A stretch of 64,000 bases of DNA from an uncultured Methanosarcinaceae archaeon (lineage in GTDB: Archaea; Halobacteriota; Methanosarcinia; Methanosarcinales; Methanosarcinaceae), in assembly GCA_963727895.1 (NCBI GenBank), contig CAVSHT010000011.1:286299-350298 (forward strand). The letters are read 5' to 3'. This document shows, one piece after another, positions 20,945 to 31,456 of the stretch (the stretch's first letter is position 1; every line of letters begins with the position of its first letter). The position numbers and the translations under genes were made by a program. Below the pieces are notes generated by a model, which made no database searches, had not been told where the DNA came from, and was given only the letters and a program-made list of their open reading frames with translations.

Positions 20945-21996
20945 AAATGGAGATTCACCAGATCTTGCCAACAATTTCTCCAGGAGATGCCATAGGCAAT
21001 GAGGTCAAGGAAATTAAAAAAATTCTGAATGAATGGGGATACAAATCTGAAATCTACGCTCAAAACATACATCCCAAAATTAACGCAAAAAAGTATACCG
21101 AATATACAAAGGTTTCTTCAAAAGAAAACATAGTAATTTTTCATTTCTCTATCGGTTCTGAAATTTCTGAATTTGTTGCAAAACTTCCCGATAAAAAAAT
21201 AATGATTTACCACAACATTACCCCTTCTAAGTATTTTCGTGGGGTCAATGAAACTCTTGTAAACTTACTGGATAATGGAAAAAAAGAGCTCAGATCACTT
21301 GTTGGTCACATTGACCTTGCTGTTGGGGTTTCTGAATACAATAGGTTAGAACTGCAAAAACTTGGATTTAAAAATACAGACGTTTTACCTATAATAATAG
21401 ACTTTCAAGAGTATAACAATCCGAATGAAAAATTGCTTTCAAAATATGATGATGATTTCGTGAATCTCTTATTTGTAGGTAGAGTAACCCCTCATAAAAA
21501 ACAGGAAGACGTAATAAAAGTATTTTATTATTACAAACTCATTAACCCCAAATCAAGGCTTTTTTTGGCTGGAAGTTATGAAGGCTGTGATGTTTATTCA
21601 AACTATCTAAAGAATCTCATTCTAAGTTTGGGTCTAAAAGATGTTCATTTATTAGGTAAAATTAGTTTTAATGATCTTATTTCCTACTATAAATTAGCTG
21701 ATGTCTTTATTTGTATGAGTGAACATGAAGGTTTTTGTGTTCCTATGTTGGAAAGCATGTATTTTGAAGTTCCAATTATAGCATATAACTCTACAGCTAT
21801 CCCGGAAACTCTTGAGAATTCGGGGGTTCTGATTAACGAAAAGAATTATTGTGAAATTGCTGAGCTAATAAACATATTGATAGAAGATAAGGAATTAAGG
21901 TCAAAAATTGTTGAGAAACAGAAAAAAAGATTAGATGATTTTAATAAAGAAAAAATAATTCTTAGGCTTGAAAGTATTTTATCTAAGGTGAGATAA
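20941..21996 (+). CDS. GT4 glycosyltransferase
   Basis: GDAIGNE, YHNITP, FVGR..PHK, SEHEGFCVPMLE. Confidence 0.9.
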   Translation: MKMEIHQILPTISPGDAIGNEVKEIKKILNEWGYKSEIYAQNIHPKINAKKYTEYTKVSSKENIVIFHFSIGSEISEFVAKLPDKKIMIYHNITPSKYFRGVNETLVNLLDNGKKELRSLVGHIDLAVGVSEYNRLELQKLGFKNTDVLPIIIDFQEYNNPNEKLLSKYDDDFVNLLFVGRVTPHKKQEDVIKVFYYYKLINPKSRLFLAGSYEGCDVYSNYLKNLILSLGLKDVHLLGKISFNDLISYYKLADVFICMSEHEGFCVPMLESMYFEVPIIAYNSTAIPETLENSGVLINEKNYCEIAELINILIEDKELRSKIVEKQKKRLDDFNKEKIILRLESILSKVR

Positions 21997-23183
21997 TGCC
22001 TTCAAAAAAAGTTGCTTTTGTAGTCCAGCGTTATGGTCTGGAAGTTAATGGAGGTGCTGAATTCCACTGTAGGCTTGTAGCTGAGCATTTGTCCAAATAT
22101 TTTGATGTAGAAGTGTTAACTACGTGTGCAGTAGATTATGGAACATGGAAAAATGACTACTCTGAAGGGACTGAAACCTTAAACGGGGTATTAGTCAGGA
22201 GATTCCCTGTTGACTATGAAAGAGATTTACTGAAATTTAATAAATTTTCTCAGAAAATTTTTGGTAGTAGTCACACCTATGAAGATGAAATTGAATGGAT
22301 GAAACTTCAAGGTCCGTATTCAACAAAACTTTTAAACTACCTAAAAAAGAATAAAGATAATTATAATTGTTTCATCTTTTTTACATATCTATACTGCACT
22401 ACTTATTTTGGTCTTCCGCTTGTAAAAGAAAAAGCGTTGCTTGTTCCTACAGCACATGATGAACCACCTATTCATTTATCAATCTTCAATTCTCTTTTCA
22501 ACAAGCCAGTTCATTTTATCTATAACACAAAGGAAGAAAAAAATTTAGTTATTTCAAAATTCCGGGTCTCAAATATACCTTCTGATGTTGTAGGTGTAGG
22601 TATAGACATTCCGGATGAAATTGATTCCGCTTCATTTGTTCAGAAATATAATCTGGACGACTTTATTATTTTTGTTGGGAGAATCGAAGAGTCTAAAGGT
22701 TGTCAGGAATTATTTGATTATTTTCTTCGTTATAAAAAGGAAAAGAAATCTTCTCTTAAGCTCGTTTTACTGGGAAAACAGATTATGAAGATTTCTCAAA
22801 GCCCTGATATTTTTTCCCTCGGTTTTGTACCGGAACAGGATAAGTTTAACGGGATAAAATCGGCTAAACTATTAATAATGCCTTCGAAGTACGAAAGTTT
22901 GTCAATGGTCCTGCTGGAATCATGGCTATGTAATACGCCTGTACTTGTAAATGGACGTTGTGACATATTAAAAGGTCAGTGTATCAGAAGCAATGCAGGA
23001 CTGTATTATGAAAACTATGATGAATTTGAGGTATGTCTGGATTTCCTTCTGAAAAACGATGGATTGAGACATGCTATGGGGATAAATGGAATGAAATTTG
23101 TTTTGGAAAATTACTCATGGGAAAGCATAGAGAAGAAGTATATTTCAATATTGCAGAAAGTTGAGAATTCTTTAGAGAATTAG
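21996..23183 (+). CDS. GT4 glycosyltransferase, paralogue of 19775-20944
   Basis: GGAE, PTAHDE, ESLSMVLLESW. Confidence 0.9.
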   Translation: MPSKKVAFVVQRYGLEVNGGAEFHCRLVAEHLSKYFDVEVLTTCAVDYGTWKNDYSEGTETLNGVLVRRFPVDYERDLLKFNKFSQKIFGSSHTYEDEIEWMKLQGPYSTKLLNYLKKNKDNYNCFIFFTYLYCTTYFGLPLVKEKALLVPTAHDEPPIHLSIFNSLFNKPVHFIYNTKEEKNLVISKFRVSNIPSDVVGVGIDIPDEIDSASFVQKYNLDDFIIFVGRIEESKGCQELFDYFLRYKKEKKSSLKLVLLGKQIMKISQSPDIFSLGFVPEQDKFNGIKSAKLLIMPSKYESLSMVLLESWLCNTPVLVNGRCDILKGQCIRSNAGLYYENYDEFEVCLDFLLKNDGLRHAMGINGMKFVLENYSWESIEKKYISILQKVENSLEN

Positions 23184-23893
23184 GTTTTGTAGAAATCTTT
23201 CCATATCTGTTTTTCGGAAAACCTCATAAAAAAGAATATTAAAAATGCTCCTTATTTTTTGTCCCCACAAAAAACTAGGAGTAATTTCTATTGTCATCAA
23301 GCAAGTATATTCTATTTATTTCCATTATTCTATTTATTTCTATTATTAAATTTATTGATATTAGTCTCAAAATTATTCAGGCTTACAGATTTAACCTTTA
23401 CTCCTGTAAATATTCTAAACAGGTTTATACTCAATATCAGTTTCTTGTTTTTTTATTGAAAGAGTATATAAGCATAGATTATCGTGATTTTTTAGAACTT
23501 ATTTGCCTTATGAGCAATGTAAAGGAGAATACAGAAATCAGATATATTTGACCTTTTTGAAATATAGTACTACCGATGGCGTATTTATTCGAGATAATAT
23601 AATCAGTAATATAGTTACTGACTAATAATTATCAATAGTTTTTTATACTTTTGGTTTTATGTAACCCCTGCAGGTCGACAAATCTACTTGTTACACAGAA
23701 AATTACCTCCTTTAATACCCCATAAACTGTTAAAATAAACACCACCAACACTCCCATTTGTCGATCTGTCAATCCTCCTTTTTTGTGAAATTAAAGCTAA
23801 AAAATATTTTCATCAAAAAATAACTAAAATTTCAAAAACCTTCTATGTCTTAATTTTTTTAAAAAATCAAGCTTTTTTGTATTAATGAGTAAA

Positions 23894-25462
23894 TTAACCT
23901 TTTAGATACTTTTGCTTAAAACGCAGCCAACCATTGCCTTTGTCTAGATTCCATGCATGGTATACAGATGTCGCATTAACTCCACTAAAATGATAGATTG
24001 TATAATTGCTGCAGTGCAATATCCTATCCGGCTTATGTGCCGTAACAAAAGCATTAGGAGTATTTGACTGTGAATCATCATCACTGATAATAAAATAATC
24101 AGTCGGTTTTTCATTGTACCATCTTACACAGGAATTCCATTCGCATGGAATAAAGCCATTATCTGTAAAGATAACTGGACGGACAAGCACCTTTTCGTTT
24201 GAAAAATATGTAGTTATACCAGCATCCCAATAGTCAGCATACGCATAAGTAATATTATTTGCTTCCATATAATTAATAAGTTCATATGCTCTGGCATCTG
24301 GTTGAGAATCTAGATTTGTAACAGAAAAAATGTTAGCCGTAGCAGATGATATTAAAATAATGGCAATGAGAGAAATATACAAATGATTTTTTGAGCTTGC
24401 AAAAAAGGATAGAATCATGAATACCGAAATAGCTGTGAACCCAAGGTATCTGTAAGTTCCTTCGCTTAAACTAGTGAAGGTAAGTCCAGCGAACATTATC
24501 GCGGCTGATAAGGTCATTATAATAGCAAATCTCTTCATTCCAGGATTAGTAGCATGCCCCATATTCCAGATAGCAATGCAAAGGGCTGTTAAAAAAACAA
24601 GCGTAAGTAATATGTCAACAAAAGAAGGATTATGTCCTTCAGTCAGTATATGATATAAGCCTGTACTCAGATACATTGACAAGTGACGGAAAAAATCGAT
24701 GGCATTAATGTACATGTTGGACTGTTTCTGAACACTAAACAGGTTTGGTACCAGGTAGTCAATAAACAGGGATTTAATAACGGCGACGAGCCCAGCAAGA
24801 ATCGTCCATGATATAATCCATATATTTAGACTCTTGGACCTATTATGGTTAACTAAAAAATAAGCAGCAAAAAATGGTATAACGAACCACGCAACCACAA
24901 TAGTATCAGATAGTACTGTTAGAGATATTAAAATCGTAATTAAACTCAACTGCAATGTACCGGCTTTTTCTAGAGACAGTATCAAAAGAAGTAGGATACC
25001 AGTAAAGAATAAAGTACCAGTATGAGTCAAAGCTAGGGCATAAACTTTTTCGTAAGCTGGCATGTTTATATTCGCTAGTAGAGCAGCAAAAACAAGAGCT
25101 GAAATAAGGCCTTTATTTGTGATCTTATAAACAAGATAAGAGAATATTACCAATACACCGATAAAAATCATATAAACGGTTAATCGCAACACTGTTGGGT
25201 TATAATTAGTAATTTCTTGTAGTACAAGATGAAACGGTATCAATTCAGTAAAAAAGTATGGGTCTAAAGAAGGAAGGTAAATGCCTGAAAGAAAATAATT
25301 ATGATGTCTCCAGAACTCCATCGCTATGAGACCAGCATTGGTATTATCGCTATTTAGATGAAGATGTAGTGTAACAAGTAGCTTACAGACTAGTCCTTCG
25401 ATGATTAGCACGATTAAAGCGACAATTGGTAGCTGCTCTATTAATATACGTTTTTTATCCAC
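23894..25462 (-). CDS. Polytopic membrane protein, possible GT-C fold glycosyltransferase
   Basis: About 11-12 hydrophobic segments, NSD in the first loop, RYL, and a soluble C-terminal domain with YADYW. Confidence 0.6.
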   Translation of the reverse strand: MDKKRILIEQLPIVALIVLIIEGLVCKLLVTLHLHLNSDNTNAGLIAMEFWRHHNYFLSGIYLPSLDPYFFTELIPFHLVLQEITNYNPTVLRLTVYMIFIGVLVIFSYLVYKITNKGLISALVFAALLANINMPAYEKVYALALTHTGTLFFTGILLLLILSLEKAGTLQLSLITILISLTVLSDTIVVAWFVIPFFAAYFLVNHNRSKSLNIWIISWTILAGLVAVIKSLFIDYLVPNLFSVQKQSNMYINAIDFFRHLSMYLSTGLYHILTEGHNPSFVDILLTLVFLTALCIAIWNMGHATNPGMKRFAIIMTLSAAIMFAGLTFTSLSEGTYRYLGFTAISVFMILSFFASSKNHLYISLIAIILISSATANIFSVTNLDSQPDARAYELINYMEANNITYAYADYWDAGITTYFSNEKVLVRPVIFTDNGFIPCEWNSCVRWYNEKPTDYFIISDDDSQSNTPNAFVTAHKPDRILHCSNYTIYHFSGVNATSVYHAWNLDKGNGWLRFKQKYLKG

Positions 25463-25533
25463 AATAACATCCCAATACTTTTGATTAGCTTATATCTAAA
25501 ATCTATGAAAATCTGCGTTTTTATAATTTCATA

Positions 25534-26730
25534 TTATTTTTTAGCTTTTTCGTTTTCAGTAGAATGAACGTCAAAAGACATGTTTTGATAAGCTGAATAG
25601 TTATCAGATGTTTTTATTTTCCATGTAATATGTCTGTTTATTATGTAGTTCCAGAAAAAAACAATTAGTATTCCTATAAGATTTGAAATAAGATAATAAA
25701 TTTTAAAAAAATCTGTCAAAATATATAATATTCCTATGTTAATTATAAGTCCTATTATAGAGACACACTGGAAAGAAAAAAACCTTTGAAATCTATTCTG
25801 TGTAAATGAATCTATTTTATCTTTTGGCTTAAAAGTCCAGAAGTCATTAAGGATAAAATTATTTAGAATGGATATTTCTATTGCTATTACACTGGCTGTG
25901 AGATAATAAAGACCTATATATTCAGTAAATAAATACAGAAAACCTATATTAACCAACACACCAGACAGTCCAACAAAACAAAATTTTAGTATTTTCTGCC
26001 ATTCATTCCATATATGGTTATTGCGGGAACTTAAAGAATATTCAGCCAGACTTAAAATCTGCTTTGCATAATCGCTTATAATGCAGAAGGTGAGCTTACT
26101 CTCTCCATTCTGTCTATCTGTAAATGTAAACGGAATCTCAAAGACTGATTTCCACTGCCCTTTGCCAAGAACTTCCATTAGGATCTTATATCCTCTAGGA
26201 TAAAGTTGAATTCCGAAGACCACTTCTTTTTTAAGAGCAAAAAATCCGCTTACAGGATCCGTAATTTCAGGAAATAATATTCTTCCTAAGCCGGTTGCCC
26301 CAAAAGACAAAATTCGACGCTTTAGAGGCCATTGTTTAATGCCTCCTCCAGAGGTATATCGGCTTCCTATGACAATGTCGGCTCCTTTTTTTATTTTTTC
26401 ATAAAAAAGAGGAATTAATTCTGGTGGATGGGAAAAATCGGCATCTATTACCATAAAAATATCCGAATTCGCCTGTTTGAAACCTTCTATTACGGACTGC
26501 GACAGTCCAGGATCTTCATGCCTGACAATAATCTTCAAATTATTATATTTCAATGTGAGATCCTGGACAATTTCGATAGTCTTATCGCGAGATTCATCAT
26601 CAACAACCAGAATTTCCCCAGAAATATTATTTGATAAAAAGGTTGAATTCACAGCCTCAATGATGTTAGCAATATTAGCCTCTTCGTTAAAAGTCGGAAC
26701 AATTACTGTTATTTCATATTGGACGTGCAT
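25534..26730 (-). CDS. Polyprenol-phosphate glycosyltransferase (GT2, DPM-synthase-like) fused to a GtrA domain
   Basis: PTFNE, VDDES.D.T, DADFSHPP, GSRY; C-terminal KFCFVGLSGVLVN...NNFILNDFWTF...WNYIINRHITW (GtrA). Confidence 0.9.
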   Translation of the reverse strand: MHVQYEITVIVPTFNEEANIANIIEAVNSTFLSNNISGEILVVDDESRDKTIEIVQDLTLKYNNLKIIVRHEDPGLSQSVIEGFKQANSDIFMVIDADFSHPPELIPLFYEKIKKGADIVIGSRYTSGGGIKQWPLKRRILSFGATGLGRILFPEITDPVSGFFALKKEVVFGIQLYPRGYKILMEVLGKGQWKSVFEIPFTFTDRQNGESKLTFCIISDYAKQILSLAEYSLSSRNNHIWNEWQKILKFCFVGLSGVLVNIGFLYLFTEYIGLYYLTASVIAIEISILNNFILNDFWTFKPKDKIDSFTQNRFQRFFSFQCVSIIGLIINIGILYILTDFFKIYYLISNLIGILIVFFWNYIINRHITWKIKTSDNYSAYQNMSFDVHSTENEKAKK

Positions 26731-26966
26731 TTTAACTCCATTATAAATATTTTAAGAGTTGAAATAGTTATCGAGACGAAAAATAAAATATTTGTATAAT
26801 TTTTCAAAAAATTGTGTATTATTTTGAACCCTCGAGTATTATTTATAATTTCTGATAGCACTATAATATATAAAAAACATTAATATCCAACAAAAAATTT
26901 ATATTTTTATTTAAAGGTAAAACCAAATGTAATCTTCGATGTAATTATACTTAAATATTAAAAAAT

Positions 26967-27714
26967 GGCATTGTTACTTAACTATATCTATTTCTTTATT
27001 TCTTTATTTCTTTATTTCATCAATAGAATAACCTAGTACTTTAGTATTTCAATACTCTTCGTATAACACTTTGTCTTTCTTCTCAACCTTGCCAAAAAGT
27101 GCCTCAATATGCTGTTATATCCTTCAACAGTATACGTTTCTGCTTTTGATTGAGTATGAATCTTTTCAGGAATAAACTCTGCATATGCTCTCCAGTGATC
27201 TGTCATCACTTCTCCAATCTCTTTTTTCTTCACTTTTTCCCAGAGTAGTTTTCCAGTCTCCGTTCCTCTGCTACCAAAAGAGCAGTTGATGAACTTTTTC
27301 CCAACTCTATCAACAGCAATCCAGATCCAGCAATATTTTTTTTGTTACCGATGTACGTGTGCATTTCATCCATTTCAACAATAGATATCTCATTTTCACT
27401 TTTTAGGTCCTCTAACTCCTGACCAAATTTCTTTATCCATCTTTGGACAGAAACATGACTCACCCCTAAAACTCTTCCTATTGAACGAAAGCCCAATCCT
27501 TCAAGGTAAAGTTGTAAAGCCTGTTTTTTTACATAAGTGGAAAAAGCAGTTGATTTTAGCTCTACTGTATAGTTATATCCACAATCATGGCATTTGTAGC
27601 GTTGACGACCACCAACTATACCATTCTTTTTGTGACTGGAACTATTGCATCTTGGGCAGTTCATGAAGAAATATACTTTCTAATAGTATATAACTATGTT
27701 TAAGTATCAATTCC
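26967..27714 (-). mobile_element. IS1-family element, copy 1 (748 bp)
   Basis: Terminal IRs GGAATTGATACTTAA / GGCATTGTTACTTAA; InsA zinc finger CPRC...C..C; A8 frameshift site; InsB TDHW...VEGYNS.LRH; no matching TSD. Confidence 0.92.
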
Positions 27715-27938
27715 AAAAAGTTATAAAAAATATTAAGAGAAAATTTGTTCAAAAATACGGTTCTTTAGCTTCATTTTTAGTCGAAAGAACTGTAAGTTGT
27801 AAAATCAAAGAAAGAAAAGAAATTACAAAATAATTAGAAATAAAAATAAACTTTAGTATATGTTGAACTATTTATTTTTTGAACCATTTAATTTGTAGAA
27901 GAGACGTTTTATAAATAACCCGAGAATACTGAGGAAAA

Positions 27939-28626
27939 ATGCTTTTTGAAACCAATGTTATTAAAGTTATCCAGAGAACGCCTGATGTAATGAGCTTCAG
28001 ATTTGAAAAACCTCATGGATTCAATTACCTTGCAGGCCAATATGTAGTCCTGACTCTGGGCAACAATTCTAATCAGATGAAGAAACCCTTTACTTTATCC
28101 AGTAGCCCTACAGAAGAATTTCTTGAGATTACTAAAAAATTGACAGGTCATCCATTTTCAAATGCTCTTACTGAACTGAAATCAGGAGACACAGTTGTTA
28201 TAAACGGACCTTATGGAGTATTCACTTTTCAGGAAGAATATACTAACATAAGCATGCTCTCTGGAGGTATAGGTATAACTCCGTTGAGAAGCATGATTAA
28301 ATATTCGATCGATAAAAAGATTAATACTGATATCGTTTTGATTTATTCCAATAGATACGAAACTGATATAGCCTTTAGGGACGAACTGGAACTTATTCAA
28401 AGTAAACAACCTAACATAATAATAATTAACACAATTACCAGACCTGAATTTAGCTGGAAGGGCGTTACAAGAAGGATCGATACAGATGATCAAGAAATAT
28501 CTTCCAGATTACAGAAACCGTACATTTTTTATATGCGGCCCAATGGAAATGGTAAATTCAATAATATCTCTTTTAAAAGACCTGGAAATTCCAGAGGAAC
28601 AGATAAAAAGAGAAATTATTACTTAG
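27939..28626 (+). pseudogene. FAD/NAD-binding oxidoreductase (FNR-like), frameshift at about 28488
   Basis: AGQY, PFTLSSSP, GPYG, SGGIGITP; the conserved FICGP C-terminus lies in another frame ending at TAG 28626. Confidence 0.8.
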
Positions 28627-28988
28627 TAATAACTGATTTTATATTTTTTAATTCAATACTACTTAAATCTGTGTATTTTTAATCTGTGTATTGAACTTTT
28701 CATAAAGAAAATACTGATCTGAACTTTTTTAATAAAAATCAATCTAACCCCAACTTTTATAAGAAAAGTCATTAAATTCCTATTTACATAAGGACATCGG
28801 GGAAAATATACAAAAAACAAATTAAATTTAGAATTTGTTTTAACAAATATTATTTATCTTGATTATTTATACAATATAATTTGGATAAATTTAGAATTTT
28901 TGGACGACCAGCGAACTAACATTATTTCAGATTAAGCTGATGGGGCAATTACGTTAGTAATAATTTTTGATATTTTGGGGGAGATACT

Positions 28989-30026
28989 ATGTACAGTTCG
29001 AGAGGTCAATTGAGAAATCAAGAGACCTATACAATAGATTATCCTATTAATTTTCCAGTCGCTTACGATATGCTGAAAGGTTATACTTCATATAGACCCG
29101 ATATCTCGATTATAATCCCAGTTTATAATGAAGAAGGAAATATAAATGAACTATATGATCAGTTATATAATATTCTTTTTGTACTGGACAAGACATATGA
29201 AATAATTTTTGTAGACGATGGGTCGAAAGATAACACATTTCAAGAAATAAAAGCACTTAAAGACAGTAATATAAGAATTGTAAGGTTTCAAAGGAATTAC
29301 GGAAAAGCTGCAGCTCTTTCCTGCGGCTTTAATAAATCAATGGGAAATTTTGTCATAACTATGGATGGAGACCTGCAAGACGACCCTAAAGAAATTCCAA
29401 GGTTCCTTGAAAAATTAAAGAAATTTGACATGGTTTCCGGATGGAAAGTAAACAGGCAAGATCCCGTTTCAAAAACATTTCCTTCAAAATGCTTCAATAA
29501 ATTAACCCGGTTTATAACAGGAATCAACATAAATGATTTTAACTGCGGCTACAAAGGATATAGAAGAGAAGTTGTAAAAAATATAAAGTTATATGGAGAG
29601 TTTCACCGTTATATTCCGGTCCTGGCTCACTGGAAAGGTTACACTGTTGGAGAAATAGAAGTTGAGCATCATCCAAGGATTCACGGGAAATCTAAATATG
29701 GAATTAGCAGAATTTTAAATGGTTTTTTTGACTTGATAACAATCACTTTTTTAATGCTATACAATAAAAGACCATTACATATATTCGGAGGCATAGGCAC
29801 CGTATTAGGTTTTTCAGGAATAATAATCTCCCTGTATATGTTATCATCATGGATTACAGGTACTAGAATTGGAGATAGACCTCTTCTTATGTTAGGTATA
29901 CTGCTTACAGTTATAGGAGCTCAATTTGTTTCTCTAGGACTAATCGGCGAACTGATAACAAGCTCCAGAAACAATGATGATTATATAATACGGTTTGACA
30001 GCTATGAACCGGAAAACAACAAGTAA
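28989..30026 (+). CDS. GT2 glycosyltransferase, ArnC/GtrB-like with two C-terminal TM helices
   Basis: PVYNEE, DDGSKD, RNYGKAAAL, DGDLQDDP, DFNCG, GE.HRYIP, G.SKYG. Confidence 0.9.
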   Translation: MYSSRGQLRNQETYTIDYPINFPVAYDMLKGYTSYRPDISIIIPVYNEEGNINELYDQLYNILFVLDKTYEIIFVDDGSKDNTFQEIKALKDSNIRIVRFQRNYGKAAALSCGFNKSMGNFVITMDGDLQDDPKEIPRFLEKLKKFDMVSGWKVNRQDPVSKTFPSKCFNKLTRFITGININDFNCGYKGYRREVVKNIKLYGEFHRYIPVLAHWKGYTVGEIEVEHHPRIHGKSKYGISRILNGFFDLITITFLMLYNKRPLHIFGGIGTVLGFSGIIISLYMLSSWITGTRIGDRPLLMLGILLTVIGAQFVSLGLIGELITSSRNNDDYIIRFDSYEPENNK

Positions 30027-30324
30027 ATTTGCAATTCATCTGGTCTTCTATCGTATATTTTAAGTAAAAGAAAAGATTGTTAAATGAAATCAGAGGTATT
30101 AAAACCCAATTTTAGATACTTTACCTATCTTACACTAAAACAAATTTAATTTCAATATTTATAGATCATAATTAAAAAATGGCTCTGTATAAATTTTTTG
30201 AGATAAAGAACTCTAATAAATTTGAAACAAGTAACCTTTAATACATTGTCACTCGTTTATTTATAGACTCTTAGAATTTATATACATATAGTTTTTCTAC
30301 AAAACCAAAAATAATAATTTATTA

Positions 30325-31063
30325 GGTATTGATACTTAAACATAGTTATATACTATTAGAAAGTATATTTCTTCATTAACTGCCCCAGATGCAATAGTTC
30401 CAGTCACAAAAAGAACGGTATAGTTGGTGGGCGTCAACGCTACAAATGTCATGATTGTGGCTATAACTATACAGTAAAGCTAAAATCAACTGCTTTTTCC
30501 ACCTCTGTCAAAAAACAGGCTTTACAACTTTACCTTGAAGGATTGGGCTTTCGCTCAATAGGAAGAGTTTTAGGGGTGAGTCATGTTTCTGTCCAAAGAT
30601 GGATAAAGAAATTTGGTCAGGAGTTAGAGGACCTAAAAAGTGAAAATGAGATATCTATTGTTGAAATGGATGAGATGCACACTTACATCGGTAACAAAAA
30701 AATATTGCTGGATCTGGATTGCTGTTGATAGAGTTGGGAAAAAGTTCATCAACTGCTCTTTTGGTAGCAGAGGAACGGAGACTGGAAAACTACTCTGGGA
30801 AAAAGTGAAGAAAAAAGAGATTGGAAAAGTGATGACAGATCACTGGAGAGCATATGCAGAGTTTCTTCCAGAAAAGATTCATACTCAATCAAAAGCAGAA
30901 ACGTATACTGTTGAAGGATATAACAGCATATTGAGGCACTTTTTGGCAAGGTTGAGAAGAAAGACAAAGTGTTATACGAAGAGTATTGAAATGCTAAAGT
31001 ACTAGGTTATTCCATTGATGAAATACAGAAATAAAGAACTAGATATATTTGAGTAACAATGCC
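30325..31063 (+). mobile_element. IS1-family element, copy 2 (739 bp, defective)
   Basis: Same IRs; InsA start is ATT instead of ATG; slippery site is A7 instead of A8. Confidence 0.92.
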
Positions 31064-31456
31064 AAAAATATTTATACTTTTTGAACATATAGCTTATTTT
31101 AAGTCTGACAATATGAATAATTTGAATAATTATTAATCCAGTTTTTAAGTAGTTTTTGAAAAAACAGTGGAAAATGACATATTTTTATTTTTAGAACATT
31201 CTTCAATTTTTAAAATCACTGAACAAATCCAAATACTAGAACTTCGATTTGTGAGTTAAATAATCTTGTGTGAATTTGAGGTCTGTACAATTGTTGGTTA
31301 TAACGACTAAAAATAGGTAACAGACGTGGGTTATTGAAAATCATAAGCATAAGAATTTCTCTATCTTTCTGTTAAATAAAGAATATGTACTCATTTTTTT
31401 CGGAAACGATCAACTGCTCACGGACACGACCATAAATAAAACGAAGGCTAATAAGA

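Noticed and set aside
23259..23551. Two short ORFs after the GT4 cluster
   Set aside because: Very AT-rich, TTG starts, no RBS or motifs; probably spurious
31064..31456. c-di-AMP (ydaO) riboswitch upstream of the kimA-like gene
   Set aside because: No recognisable consensus segments or GC-rich stems by eye; an Rfam scan would be needed to exclude it fully
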